DNA of 64,000 bases from assembly GCA_043228905.1 (NCBI GenBank), contig JBHGNT010000017.1:1984001-2048000 (forward strand), written 5' to 3'. A program made the translations under genes and the position numbers. The notes beneath the pieces were generated by a model, which worked only from the letters and a program-made list of their open reading frames with translations, ran no database searches and was not told the DNA's origin. Positions 46,454-57,879 of this stretch are shown piece after piece (position 1 is the first letter of the stretch; each line of letters starts with the position of its first letter). The stretch is from Azolla caroliniana. Lineage: Eukaryota > Plantae > Polypodiophyta.

Positions 46454-46493
46454 ATCCCACATAGGGAATCCTGCTCACGCTCAGCCTATAAGT
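46454..46493 (+). promoter_or_regulatory. snRNA promoter of the U2 locus (USE + TATA)
   Basis: ATCCCACATAG (46454-46464) matches the plant USE RTCCCACATCG; TATAAGT at 46487-46493. Confidence 0.8.
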
Positions 46494-46519
46494 ATGGAAG
46501 TAGAAGCACAGAAGAAATC

Positions 46520-46663
46520 ATACCTTTCTCGGAAGGCCACATGATATTAACCTAATTTCTTTCATGGGGGCAGCACCCGTTCGAGGCAGCTTGCTGTCTC
46601 TGGGAGCTGCGTGCGTCGCCTTGGTATTGCACTAACGCCGAGGTTATACAGGCGCGCCCCCCC
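46520..46663 (+). ncRNA. U2: U2 snRNA, internally deleted variant or pseudogene
   Basis: Starts ATACCTTTCTCGG (plant U2 5' end), then jumps to GGCCACATGATATTAA. Retains an Sm-like site, stem-loop III (GCAGCTTGCTG) and stem-loop IV (ATTGCACTA). The branch-point recognition region GTAGTA is absent. Confidence 0.8.
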
Positions 46664-47196
46664 ACTACAATCAATACCGAAATGTTCGTCCTTGTCCTTC
46701 TCTTGGAAAGATAAATGATGAATAAATAAATAATGCGAGAGTGTTTCCGGATTCATTATCTTCTGTAATACAGGTTACTTGAACCTCCGTAGTCATTACG
46801 GTTATTCTCAGAATTCCTTCCGTAAGATAAGTTAATTGACCTTCGAAGTCGTTTGGGGTATTCATTCGGTTAATGATGGACAGACATGGAAAATATGGTA
46901 TTTTGCTGGGAAGGGCCCATAATAGAGATATATATACATAGATCTGACCAAGACCGTCACATTCACACGGCAAAGACTTGACAATGGGACGCTCTCTATT
47001 CTCTGATTGGGGCCACGAAGGCGGACCTGAACCTAAACAAGCCATGACTAATAACCTAGTTTAGGCCTAGCTGGTAGATAACTTCCTGTTTGCCTACATT
47101 CTCTTTACACCTATTGGTTGGGGTATGTATACCCATGATTTTCCGCACCCGTATCATGATAAGAATTTGGCAGCATCTAGCATGTCTATGAGTGTA

Positions 47197-47301
47197 TAGA
47201 CATGCATGTGATGCTTCCTACCCGACTGATCATGGATTGGATATGGAGGCATAAATATATCTATAGATCAGTCGGGCAGGAAGCATCACATGCTATGTCT
47301 A
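47197..47301. repeat. Inverted repeat / hairpin with ~35-bp arms
   Basis: TAGACATGCATGTGATGCTTCCTACCCGACTGATC pairs with GATCAGTCGGGCAGGAAGCATCACATGCTATGTCTA. Confidence 0.8.
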
Positions 47302-47451
47302 ATACATATTTGCAATAGTTAATATATATATATTTACATCACATACATCTGAATTATATAAACTTAATGTCATTTACACACATAACGTAGTCCACAGATG
47401 CAACACCCAAATTTCAGTATGGCATTCAGAATTTGATTTGGTTGATTGAGA

Positions 47452-47615
47452 AGGGGGCCGCGCGAACGCGAGCCCCCACTGCCACAAATTATGACGTGCA
47501 CTCTCCCACATTGGGGAGATGCTAGGGCAAACAGCCCCTCCTGTAGTGCAATGGAGGCGCCGGCCCTAAGCCATCGGCCTTGCTGATCACCGATAGACCC
47601 CGCCCAGGTAAGTAT
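47452..47615 (-). ncRNA. U1: U1 snRNA
   Basis: Minus strand reads ATACTTACCTGG, then the GATCA loop I, ATTGCAC loop II, Sm site AATTTGTG and terminal stem GGGGGCTCGCGTTCGCGCGGCCCC; about 164 nt. Confidence 0.95.
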
Positions 47616-47640
47616 GTTCTGCTGCTGCTCAAAGCACTCG

Positions 47641-47680
47641 ATTTATACCTCCCTTCCTCCCCGTCCTCTCTATGTGGGAC
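47641..47680 (-). promoter_or_regulatory. snRNA promoter of U1 (USE + TATA)
   Basis: Minus-strand GTCCCACATAG (47680-47670) and TATAAAT (47647-47641). Confidence 0.82.
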
Positions 47681-49199
47681 AAACAGACACACACTCCACA
47701 CTTTTCCATTTCTGCTCTTTTTTGTATCTATCTTCATTTGCCGTGACACACTCCGCACTACTACTAGTACTACTTTTACTAACCATTCCATGTTGTTTCT
47801 CTCCTTGCACCATGACCTGACACCTCCTACACCACCACTATTGTATACAACACGAACGAGTTCCAATTTCAAAAATCTAACAATTTGGATCCACGCCTTG
47901 GATTGATTATTAGCATTGGTGCACTTATGTGGATGAACTCTTCATTCAAGAAATCATACGGTTTCATACTTCCCTTATTTTGACCCTTGACAAATTGTCC
48001 AATGTTGGATGCAACATTTGAGGCATGTGGAATACTATCAATCCCAAATTGTAGAGGAATAGCATCCATTGGATTGTTGCACAACCATGTATTATAATGG
48101 GATGTAGTCAAGGTGGAATAGTGATGTGTGTGGGGGGAATATAGAATTGTTGGTACTAATAAGTGGTACTAGAATTGTTGTTATTGTCCTATGCCAATAC
48201 GTGTGGGGGGAATATAGTGTGCAATTTCTTGCTTGAAAACGTCATATGCCGATATGAGTGTGTGGGAATGTAGTGGTAGACATGGGAGAGTTCATGCCAA
48301 TGAAGATATAAAGCTTTTTGAGCAAGCAGGGGTATTTATATATTAGAAGATATACTCTGCCTTCCTTCAATCTACTCCCAACCAAGCAATTCTGCGTAGC
48401 GTGCGCGTGCGTGCATGCGTGCGTGTGTTGGGGGGAAGAGCTGAGTTCTCCCCTACAATTGCTTATAACCCAATAGCCATTCTTGGCACATACAAGTGGA
48501 CGTGCATGTCTCGAGGGTGGATAATGCACAACACGCTTTCTATTAAGATGGAGTATAATGCACGACATGTAAAAGGGTTGTTCAAAAAGTCGAGCACACG
48601 GATGGGCAAGTTTTACATGTACAACATGTGCATCTAGAATACATGCTTCCCTCGACACCACGATGCTCAACATTCGATAAACAAACACAAAACAAAGAAA
48701 GAATGTGAGTGCGAACTTTCTCCTTATAACCCAATTGCCATTCTTGGCACATACAAGTGGACGTGCAGGTCTGGAGGGTGGATGTTGTGACGTGGCGAAA
48801 CCAAAGGCAGAATGTAGGGAAATGAGGGGAGAAAGAGAAGATGTAAAATCAATGTAAATATAATCTCAAAAGTTTATGTGGAGGAGAAGACATATTCTAT
48901 ATTCACACAAGTCCTTGGGCACAATGTGTTGTAGAGTTTGTGGTTTAGAAGTTTGATGTTCAAGGGGAATAAGGTCACATCCTAGAAGAAGGGCTCAAAC
49001 CTGCCTTGTGACCGATATGCCTTGTGGTCAAAGAAATCCAAATAATGCTTATTGTCTCCCTAACATGTTGCCTAATTACACCCTAGGTGTTGTTAGGACA
49101 TATAGACCCCATGGAGACCATCATAATAATCCATTTTGCCAGCTCCAATTGTACCACATATCCCAATATTTAATGGAGTAGAAAGGAACTTTCTTTAAT

Positions 49200-50190
49200 G
49201 ATGAGGGTAAAACTCTAGCTCCTCGAAGAAAAAACCAAGGGTGATAGAACATCTTGAATTAATGATGCATAAGTACCCAAATTGTGTTAGCCAATTGGCA
49301 TGTAATGAATCTATGCTTGGCATCTTCCTCAATCACTGGACAGATAAAACACACCCCAATGTAAGGCAACCCATCCACCAAAGAAACACTTGGCATGGAA
49401 GGAAGACAAGAATGCCATCCAACCTCACCACAAGTAATACGCTATGAATGTAAAACATTCATCACTAACCAAGCTCCATCTTCAATCAAATTATGATATG
49501 CATCATTGGGGTGCATCACCGATTGTTTTTTAATATCGTCAAATAAGCAAAATTTCCGCAACTCATCTACCATCAAACCTGAAATAGGGTTCACAAGAAA
49601 GCACTGCCTTTAGTAATCACCAACTATAGCCGTGTCTAGGAGGCATATGAAACCTAATGTTCAGTTTCCTAAATGCGATGATGTACTTGCATGCCTTAAA
49701 ACAATATTTTGTGTTGGTATCAATTGTATAGTTGTCTACTCACAAACATTTTCTGAATCTTCTCAAATCATTCCATGCATTTAGTGAGATAGTGCTACCC
49801 CACATTTCTAGTATAGAGCAAGACTTGGGCCACCATTTCATTAACTAGAATTCTCATTCATGAGTGTCACATTCCATTTATTCTCCAACATGTGATAACT
49901 TTTCCAAGTAGGTCAAGGCTATTTTCAAAACATTCACTCCATAGATTCATGGCATGTAGACCAAATGGAAGCAACCTCATCCTCAAAGGTGTCCATGTTA
50001 TGTCAACCAATTTTATATATGAATGTTTTTTTGTGACATATACATTGCTTTCATGGAAGCGGGAGCCCTTATTTGTCATTCACTACCAGCATGAATCATG
50101 CATTTTCTTTGATGTTGCACGTGTTAATTTATCTAGTACCTTTGTTGCTTTGACGAAGATTATTGATCATGAGGATTGTATTTCTTAATG
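49200..50190 (-). mobile_element. Degenerate LINE 3' remnant (zf-RVT-like); boundaries uncertain
   Basis: Minus-strand translation of about 49358-49277 gives GVCFICPVIEEDAKHRFITCQLANTIW, fitting the C-x2-C..E..H.F..C...W pattern. Confidence 0.45.
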
Positions 50191-50928
50191 GGGTATATTA
50201 AAATAAAGTATCATCCACACACAACATAATAGAGAGATGGATTTGGGTTTCGAACTCAAGACATAATGTAGTAGTGTAATAGCTTGCCGTTAGGGTCAGG
50301 TAATTACGATAAAAGAAAAAAGAAAAAAAGAAAAAGAGAGAGAACAAATATCATCCACACATAGAGATGGAGACCAAAAGGTCATGGGTTCAACCCCTAC
50401 ATTCCACAATGGCATCTAGTCAATTAAGAGATATGTTTGAAGTAAAAAATTTATGTTTGGAGCCCAAGACATTACGCTAGTAGTGTAACAACTTGCCACT
50501 AAGGTAAGCTAATTATGGAAAAAAGAAAGAGAGATATTTTTTAGAGTCGATATTGATTAAGGGGACCTAAGTACCTAAGTACAGAAGTAGTTTCTTGACC
50601 TACACCTCCTTCCAAAGAACAAATATTCACACTTTGAAGCACAAAGTTTCAATGTGTAAACAAGGGATACACATGACCTCAGCCTTCTAGGTGTTGTTTT
50701 TAGTGTGACACTCACGCTTTCATAAATTACACTATGTGTAGAGCACATAAAAAGCAAGAGATATTGATCCTTTACTAGCCCCTCCTCATTTACCTTGCAT
50801 GCCATATATATGACAACTTTGATGCTATAATGCAACTTCAACACCTAGTTTGTGTGATCAACTTTGAAGGTGTGGGCTCTACAAGAGTTCAAATTTCATG
50901 TTAGGAATGAGACAGATCCAAGAGATAG

Positions 50929-50962
<34 letters not shown>

Positions 50963-51641
50963 CAACATACCAAAGCTAAAACAAAAGATCGCCTTAGCCA
51001 CAAAGATCACTTCAAAAAGTATCGCATAATGTTAACATGAAAACAAAATTGTGACATAGCTAGAATATATATCGCTTTTTGACACTATTGATGTATATTT
51101 TGATGCAATCCTTTAGATTAGCAAAGAACATAATGATTAATGCAAAATTGGGACAACAAAGGAGGTATAGATTCCATCCAACAGCAAAATGTATCAAATC
51201 TCTTGCTAGATTCAAATCCAATGCACAAAATTTGCAGCTTTCACAATATTCATTACTTCACTTCTGTTGGTTGATACCAAGCATAAGCCTTACTTGCACC
51301 ACATATATTCCTGTTAGCTTATACAATACTCGTTGTATTGATCTAAGGCTACCATTACATTAGGACTAAATAATGGTGAGAATGAATAAGCACAGCACCT
51401 CCATACAGTATCCAATCAGAGTGAATGCGTCCCAGCCATAGAATAAATGGATTGGGCAAATTTACCTGCAATAATACCCTGCTTTGCTTGAAATATTGGG
51501 TAAAGCTGTCATCTTTTCCAAGCAATTAGTACTAGTAAATTTTTTTTTTAATTATATTTGGGTAAAGATCTTCCAGCAAATTTGATTGCAGAAATTTGTT
51601 AGTGACTGGTTTCTTTCCTTTATTCCTGTTGAAGGCAAACT

Positions 51642-53466
51642 TCAATCACCATCTTCATCTCTCTTTCTCTCCACCTTGCTTACAACTGATACTAGATTCT
51701 CAAGCATGGTCAAAAAACCATGAAGATATGCAACTTCACGTATAGATGGCCTGGCACGAAATAAAAGCTTCCGAAGAAATAAGAAAAACCTTTCTGGGGT
51801 TTTGTACTCCGGCAATCCTGCCAATTTTGATAAATCGTTGCAAGAGTTAAAAACATGTTCCCACCGATACAACACGTTCTCCACATCGACGATGCTTGCT
51901 GTACCTGGTATATTCCTTTTCATTAGCAGTGAATGTAGCAATTCTCATAGTCCCACTTTTTTAGAGATAAATCTGGCAATACTTTGAGTAAATCTAGCAA
52001 TGTTCATAACGCCACTTTGTTTAATGATAAATCTGGCAACGTTTTTTCATTATGCAGTAGATCTAGCAATCCCGTCTTACTTTAAGGAAATATGTATGAA
52101 ATTTATTGTACTTGGAATCTGATCAAAGTTCATGATAAATAATAAACACCAACCAGGCAGTGTCTTATAAGCTACCGAATCAAGCCGTGCAGTATCATAG
52201 ATGTCACTTTGTTTCGGGGCCCATGATTCATACAATCTCGAAAGCACAACAGTCACGGCATGACTTAAATCTACACAACACACAAGAAAAAGAAGGTTTA
52301 AACTCGGAATTCAGTTAATATTTCCGGGTTTCCCAACAAAGAGAAATCTCGACGGGCAGTATGTACATACTCAGAGAGCCTTGCCATGAACCAGTTGATA
52401 TTGTACAAACATGAGTACACTGCAATAATTCATCAGTATGAAGGCCACAATCTTCTCTACCAAACACAAGCTGTAAAATAGTTTGTCGTCATCATCATTT
52501 GGGATGGATAATAAACTAAAGATAAAAGTCAAAATCAGGGTTTTGTTTCAATACCGCTAGTTTAAGATTCTTATGCTCAGGGGAAATCAAATCAGATAAC
52601 GTGAAGCTCGGAAGCCGGATTTTCCCAACACGCCTTGTGAAAGCAACAGCCTAACAACACACATAGATTTGAAGGACAAGATGAAAAACTCAAAAAAATA
52701 CCAGCAAAAGATATCCATGGAATGGAACTCCTTCATCCATTATAGCTATGTACCATTGTGCAGCTTTCGAGAGCCTGGGGCAATGATGATTCGATACGAG
52801 CTTGTTGCAAAAGTTCTCTAGAGATGGGGTTGCTAGCTGCATTAAACCCATCCTGAGAATTGGGATCACAATCAGGATTCACCTGCAACAAAAACGAGGT
52901 AAAATTAAGGAGATGTAAAAAGACAACTAGTTAGTTCATGCCTTAAAAAAGCATGAGACCGAGATCGCATAGTGAAGGATGGTGAAGGTATAAAAAAAGG
53001 AAAATGAAAGATTTTTTTAAGTACCAGGAAGACATCTCTGCACTCTGCTTTCCTGGAAGACACAGAACAATCAGAATGGCCGAGGTATACATATGCATAT
53101 AAGAAGGATTAGATTGATCAGGGAAAGAAGAAGAGAAGGAGCACCGAAGTTGGCTGCAGCGCGGCAGACAGAGCCTACATTCCCGGCGTGCTGGGGACCC
53201 ACAAGCACCACACGCACGTCATGCAGAGCTCCCGGCTCTCCTTCTGAGAAGAACGTCCTTTCGGGTGGACCGCAGGTGGTGCAGGGGATCACATGATGCA
53301 CAGGCGAGTGGAGGAGGAAGAGGCGATGGCGATGGCGATGGCGTTGCCTCTGCCTCTGCTTCTGCCGCACCAATGGCACTGCCAGGAGGAGAGGGGAGGG
53401 GCGGCAGAGGATCGGCGGCGGCGGCGGCGGCGCAGCAGGGCAAGGGCAGGTGCTGTTGCGGATCAT
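51642..53466 (-). CDS. trmJ: TrmJ/LasT-like SPOUT-family tRNA/rRNA 2'-O-methyltransferase, 7 coding exons, probable organellar transit peptide
   Basis: Exons 53466-53145, 53044-53025, 52882-52754, 52650-52555, 52470-52371, 52270-52154 and 51904-51642 join in frame with GT-AG introns. Motifs: VRVVLVGPQHAGNVGSVCRAAANF, AVAFTRR, LVFGREDCGL..DEL..C, GSLNLSHAV, and C-terminal LRKLLFRARPSIREVAYLHG. Confidence 0.88.
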
Positions 53467-53607
53467 GGGGGCGGTCAGATCGATGGATTTTATGTCAAAA
53501 TATGTATGGAAACCTGTTCAGAAGAGATCGATCATTCTAACTCCCTGCACCTCTGCAACATACATACAAGAGGGAAGGGGTTTTGGATAAGCCTCTATGC
53601 ATCACTC

Positions 53608-53999
53608 CAACAATCGGCAACGGTTCGGTTTGAACCGAACCGAACCTCGAAACCGCGGCTTAACAGCTTAACAGTTTCAACGGTTCAGGTTTAGATTTTA
53701 AATTTTTTTAAAAATTGCTTTTAACCAATCTTTTCATTTATTCTCACATTTTTAGGAACATCTTAAAAATTTTAAAAATTCTAAATAAAGAAATATTATA
53801 AATTTAAAAAAATTAAAAATTAAAAATTAAAACTTTGACCTATGTTGAAAACCGAAACCGAACCACGAAACCGCGGTTTTTATGGTTTAACAGTTTGAAT
53901 TTTTTTTTAACAGTTTCGCGGTTCGGTTCAGGTTTCAAAAAAATTAAACGGTTTGGTTTGGACCCTCTCAAACCGAACCGAACCGTTTGCCGATTGTTA
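53608..53999. mobile_element. MITE-like non-autonomous DNA transposon
   Basis: TIRs AACAATCGGCAA(A)CGGTTCGGTT / AACCGAACCGTTTGCCGATTGTT, subterminal AACCG/CGGTT repeats and an AT-rich core; CACTC on both flanks. Confidence 0.8.
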
Positions 54000-54325
54000 C
54001 ACTCCATCACCATCACCATCACCAGGTGTAGTGTTGAGAACAGTCAGAAAAAGAAATCTTTTCAATCACAACCCTACAATTAGAGCAGAGAAATATAAAC
54101 ACCTCACAAGATCCCACACTGCTGGAAAAAAACAATGTTGTGCCTGGAATTCCCAATTTTTTACACCCACAAGATCGATTGAAAACCGAAGCAAAATTCT
54201 GTCTAATTTTGCCATTACGAGGTTAGTCATCCTCGTTCAACATGGGTAGTATGAGTGACCCATAACCTCTAGCTAACACGCTTGCCCACTCTTATGCTTC
54301 TATATAATGTGCCCAACCAGCCCAT

Positions 54326-54484
54326 TGCTAGACTTATCAACATGTCACTCCTATGTATCCTTGTGAATATGTACTCTTTGCAACCAATATAGTTGAAGAG
54401 GGAATGCTAGACTTATCAACATGTCACTCCAATGCATCCTTGTGAATGTGTACTCTTTGCAACCAATATAGTTGTAGAGGGAAT
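54326..54484. repeat. 79-bp tandem duplication
   Basis: TGCTAGACTTATCAACATGTCACTCC... at 54326 and 54405. Confidence 0.8.
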
Positions 54485-55724
54485 TCTGGGTGTACCATTG
54501 TGGACCACACACATTCCATCTTGCCATTTGTGAGGGACTTCTTATTCATTGTAGGAAAACGTCACTAACTCACAACACTCCTAAAAGTGGGGAATGATGT
54601 TGTGAAGGCAAGTAGAAGCCTATTATCTTGAAGATGCCATTCCCATATCTTTGGTTGGCTAATGGGCATGAGTTCAAACTCTTGGATTGAGAATTGCAAG
54701 GTGTTATGGTTTCAACGTGACTTTTCTATGTGTGACCTCTTCAAATACAATGTGGAGGATATTGTTGCTTTGCAGGTGTTAGTGTTTTCTTGTTACAAAG
54801 GGTCTACTAGTGAAGAGTTCGAACAATGAGTATCTTACCATCACATCCCTCATTTTGGGGTATGAAACATTTCGAGCATCATTGCTATATTTCCATGGGC
54901 TAATATCATTTGAAAGGAGCAAGCACAGCCAATAACTCATAATTCATTAATGAGCTAATATCATTAATGTTGGACAACCCATAATTCATGGAGGGAATTG
55001 ATATTCTATACAGCACTTCAGTGTCCACCTTTGTTGTACGTGCCACATTCAACTAATATCATTTTCAAGCAAGAGTTGTTTATAAAACAACCTTCATACA
55101 TAACAATATGTTCATCCAACCTTTATATTAATCAATACACAATCCTTCATAAGATGAGCAACAAAGTCGGCATCCATCAACCGATACTTTTGTGGAACTC
55201 ATACAAAACCTCTAAGAAAAGTGGGTCCAAGTTGTCAGTATGTTGTGCAAGCAAGATCTTATTTCCTTTTAAGACAGGCCATTTAGACTAAATGACCTTG
55301 AAATAGTAATGTAGTTAAATGTTTAAAAATCCTAGCAAAGGGAATGTAGTATAAAATGTTTAAGGATATGCCATTTACACACGTCAAAACTGGATAGTAC
55401 ATTATTATAGTTATGTGTTGCCTACATCTTGAGGATTAGAAACAAGGCTCTCGTATTAGCGATTATACAGGAAAACACAGCTGTGTCTAGCAACATATGG
55501 TACTGCTGCAATCAAAGCAAATATTGAAGTTCCCAGATGTAGTTGCCATGCTGCTGTTGTATAGGCATAAAAGGAATTCATAGATGGTCCTATCATGGTT
55601 GATACTTCAGTATGTGAAATAACTTTGCTTTGAACAACAGGTAAAAGCTTTCACTGAAGTTCTCCACATGTTAGTGTGCTACACAATCAAACCTTGTAAG
55701 AATACTCGCCAGATTGTTGAATAT

Positions 55725-57794
55725 CTACACTTGAATATCGTAATCTTCAAAATCACCATCATCATCTGAATCTACAATTGTTGGGCCTTCACACAGCTGT
55801 TGCTGAAGTGACAATCTCTTAGGCACAACAAGCTCTGCATTCTTTCCATCATTTTCAAAATACGACTGCAGCAGAATCTGAGACCAGACAAAACCAGCTA
55901 TATAATGGCCGTTCAGAGATATAATTAGCATGCAGAGAATGAGAAGGAAACTTACCACTGCAGCATAGGCATCGAGACGTGTTCTTCTAGCTTTCTTAGT
56001 AGAGCCCCTTTATGCAGATTGAAACACATTAGAAGAAACCTTCACAGGTTAAACCACAAGTTTGACTGATGAGGAACCACAAGAGAGAAAGGTGCTTACA
56101 TCATAAGCATGTAATCAAGAGCATCACATGAACTTCCAAACTCATTATATAAGTATACACAGCAGCCTCTGCACATCACAGAGAAAGTTATTTAAGGGGA
56201 CCATCATGATGATATTAAAGCAAGCAGGGCATTTCTAAGATTATAAGCACAAATACATGGACATATGACAAGATTTATAATAATATACATTCTTTACGAC
56301 CCTAGAATATGGACTCCCACAACCTTCCAGACGGCTCCAAACTTTCCTTAGAGTCAAGTCTAAGTTCCCATTGTTCAAGTTTTCAGAAGGTTGTGCCTAA
56401 CATCCACTAATATTTTTCCAGATAGCGTATTCCATCCTAGCACCTAACAGTAATTACTTCAGCACAAACATAATGCCAGATTCAAGTCTTTGCAGAGCAT
56501 GCCATGTGGATTGCTTGTTTCTTCTTTCTTAAGTCTGCGCTGGTCCATGCATTGGTGAAAATTGGTTTTAGGTTTGCTGTTACTGTTACTGTACAGATTT
56601 TTTAACAACCAATGGACTTGAAATAGACATTAACCCATCACAATACAAAAGATCAAGATCATGCTTCACCAGATAAATCCACTACAACTTGATATTAGGA
56701 CATGAACTTCCATCTATTATTCATCAAAAACTGGCATATCCAAGTTCATTTGCATTAAGAGCATGCTACCTAAATTGAGAGGTAATCAGCAGTATAATCA
56801 AAGAATGATGTACAATTTTTTAATACCTTTGGGCAGCTACAACGGCAAGCCTGCCCGCAAAATGCCGAACCTTGCTACATTGTCTGCTTTCTAGCCCAGA
56901 TATGGACTTTGGAAGACCCACAATAAATTCATTTGCCTTCTGCATCCCAGGTTTTACATAAAAACATGAGAGATTTTGCCATGTAGATATCAAATCATGT
57001 AACATTTCAGAAAAAGCTATATAATCTGTCCTTATAGATATGAATGAGCTAATGCAATGAAAAAAGGAAAATAAACAAATCTAAAATATACTATCTTCCT
57101 AATGTTGTATAAATAAATAAACAAACTACAAACTTCATGCCTCTCTCTCTGCAATCTTGATGAGGTAGTCGGCTAGTTTCTGGCCTTTTAACTCCACCAC
57201 CTATTATTGTATACACCATATGTTATCAAGCAAACATAATGCAATTAGGAAACTTTTGTCCAGAAGGTTTCACTGGTGATTAATATCTTCAAGAGATTGT
57301 ATATATACTTCAATAGGCCGAGGAGCAAAACCTTTGCTGATTGCAATACCCGTTCTTGCATCTCCAACATCAATACCAAGACTATATGAAGCCGGATATG
57401 GTGATGAAGAGCGTGATTTCAGTCTATGTGCATTGGAATGAAGCAAGGAAAGCTTCTCTTTTATTTCCGATCTTCTCGTTTCATTATCAGACTCCTCACA
57501 GTCATCATCATCATCCTGGGGTCTCTCTTCGTAATTCGTCTTCTTCACCTCCTTTTCCTTTTCTTCTTCTTTCATCTTTAAATTCTTCATTCTTTTCTTC
57601 TTCTTTGAGGTAGTAACCACATCCAAGCTTCCTTCATTTCTGAGAGACGAATACGAAGGTATCCTCTGCGTTTGAGCATACCTATATATGTTGTGTGGCA
57701 GAGGGAAGGCACGTCTGGCTGTATCACTGGAGTGAGTTGTGAAGCTGATCCATCGCGACGACGCCAAAGCAGCTGGTTCGCAAACAGAAACCAT
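55725..57794 (-). CDS. yqgF: YqgF/RuvX-like (putative pre-16S rRNA nuclease, RNase H fold), 6 coding exons, probable plastid transit peptide
   Basis: Exons 57794-57309, 57200-57141, 56939-56827, 56168-56100, 56007-55956 and 55877-55725. Motifs: SLGIDVGDARTGIAIS..APRPIEV, EFIVGLP, VYLYNEFGSS, LDAYAAVILLQSYF. Intron 2 needs a GC donor. Confidence 0.88.
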
Positions 57795-57843
57795 GGCGCT
57801 CGCTATAGATATTAGAAACAAACAAAACCGACAGTGCACTTGG

Positions 57844-57879
<36 letters not shown>

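Noticed and set aside
50230-50520. tRNA-derived SINE-like fragments (B-box-like GTTCGAAAC and GGTTCAACC, with a duplicated ~55-bp segment)
   Set aside because: Too degenerate to define boundaries, tail or TSD.
57795-57839. Upstream GTG start given in the ORF track for the YqgF-like gene
   Set aside because: In a eukaryotic gene the first in-frame ATG (57794, GCC ATG G context) is the more plausible start.
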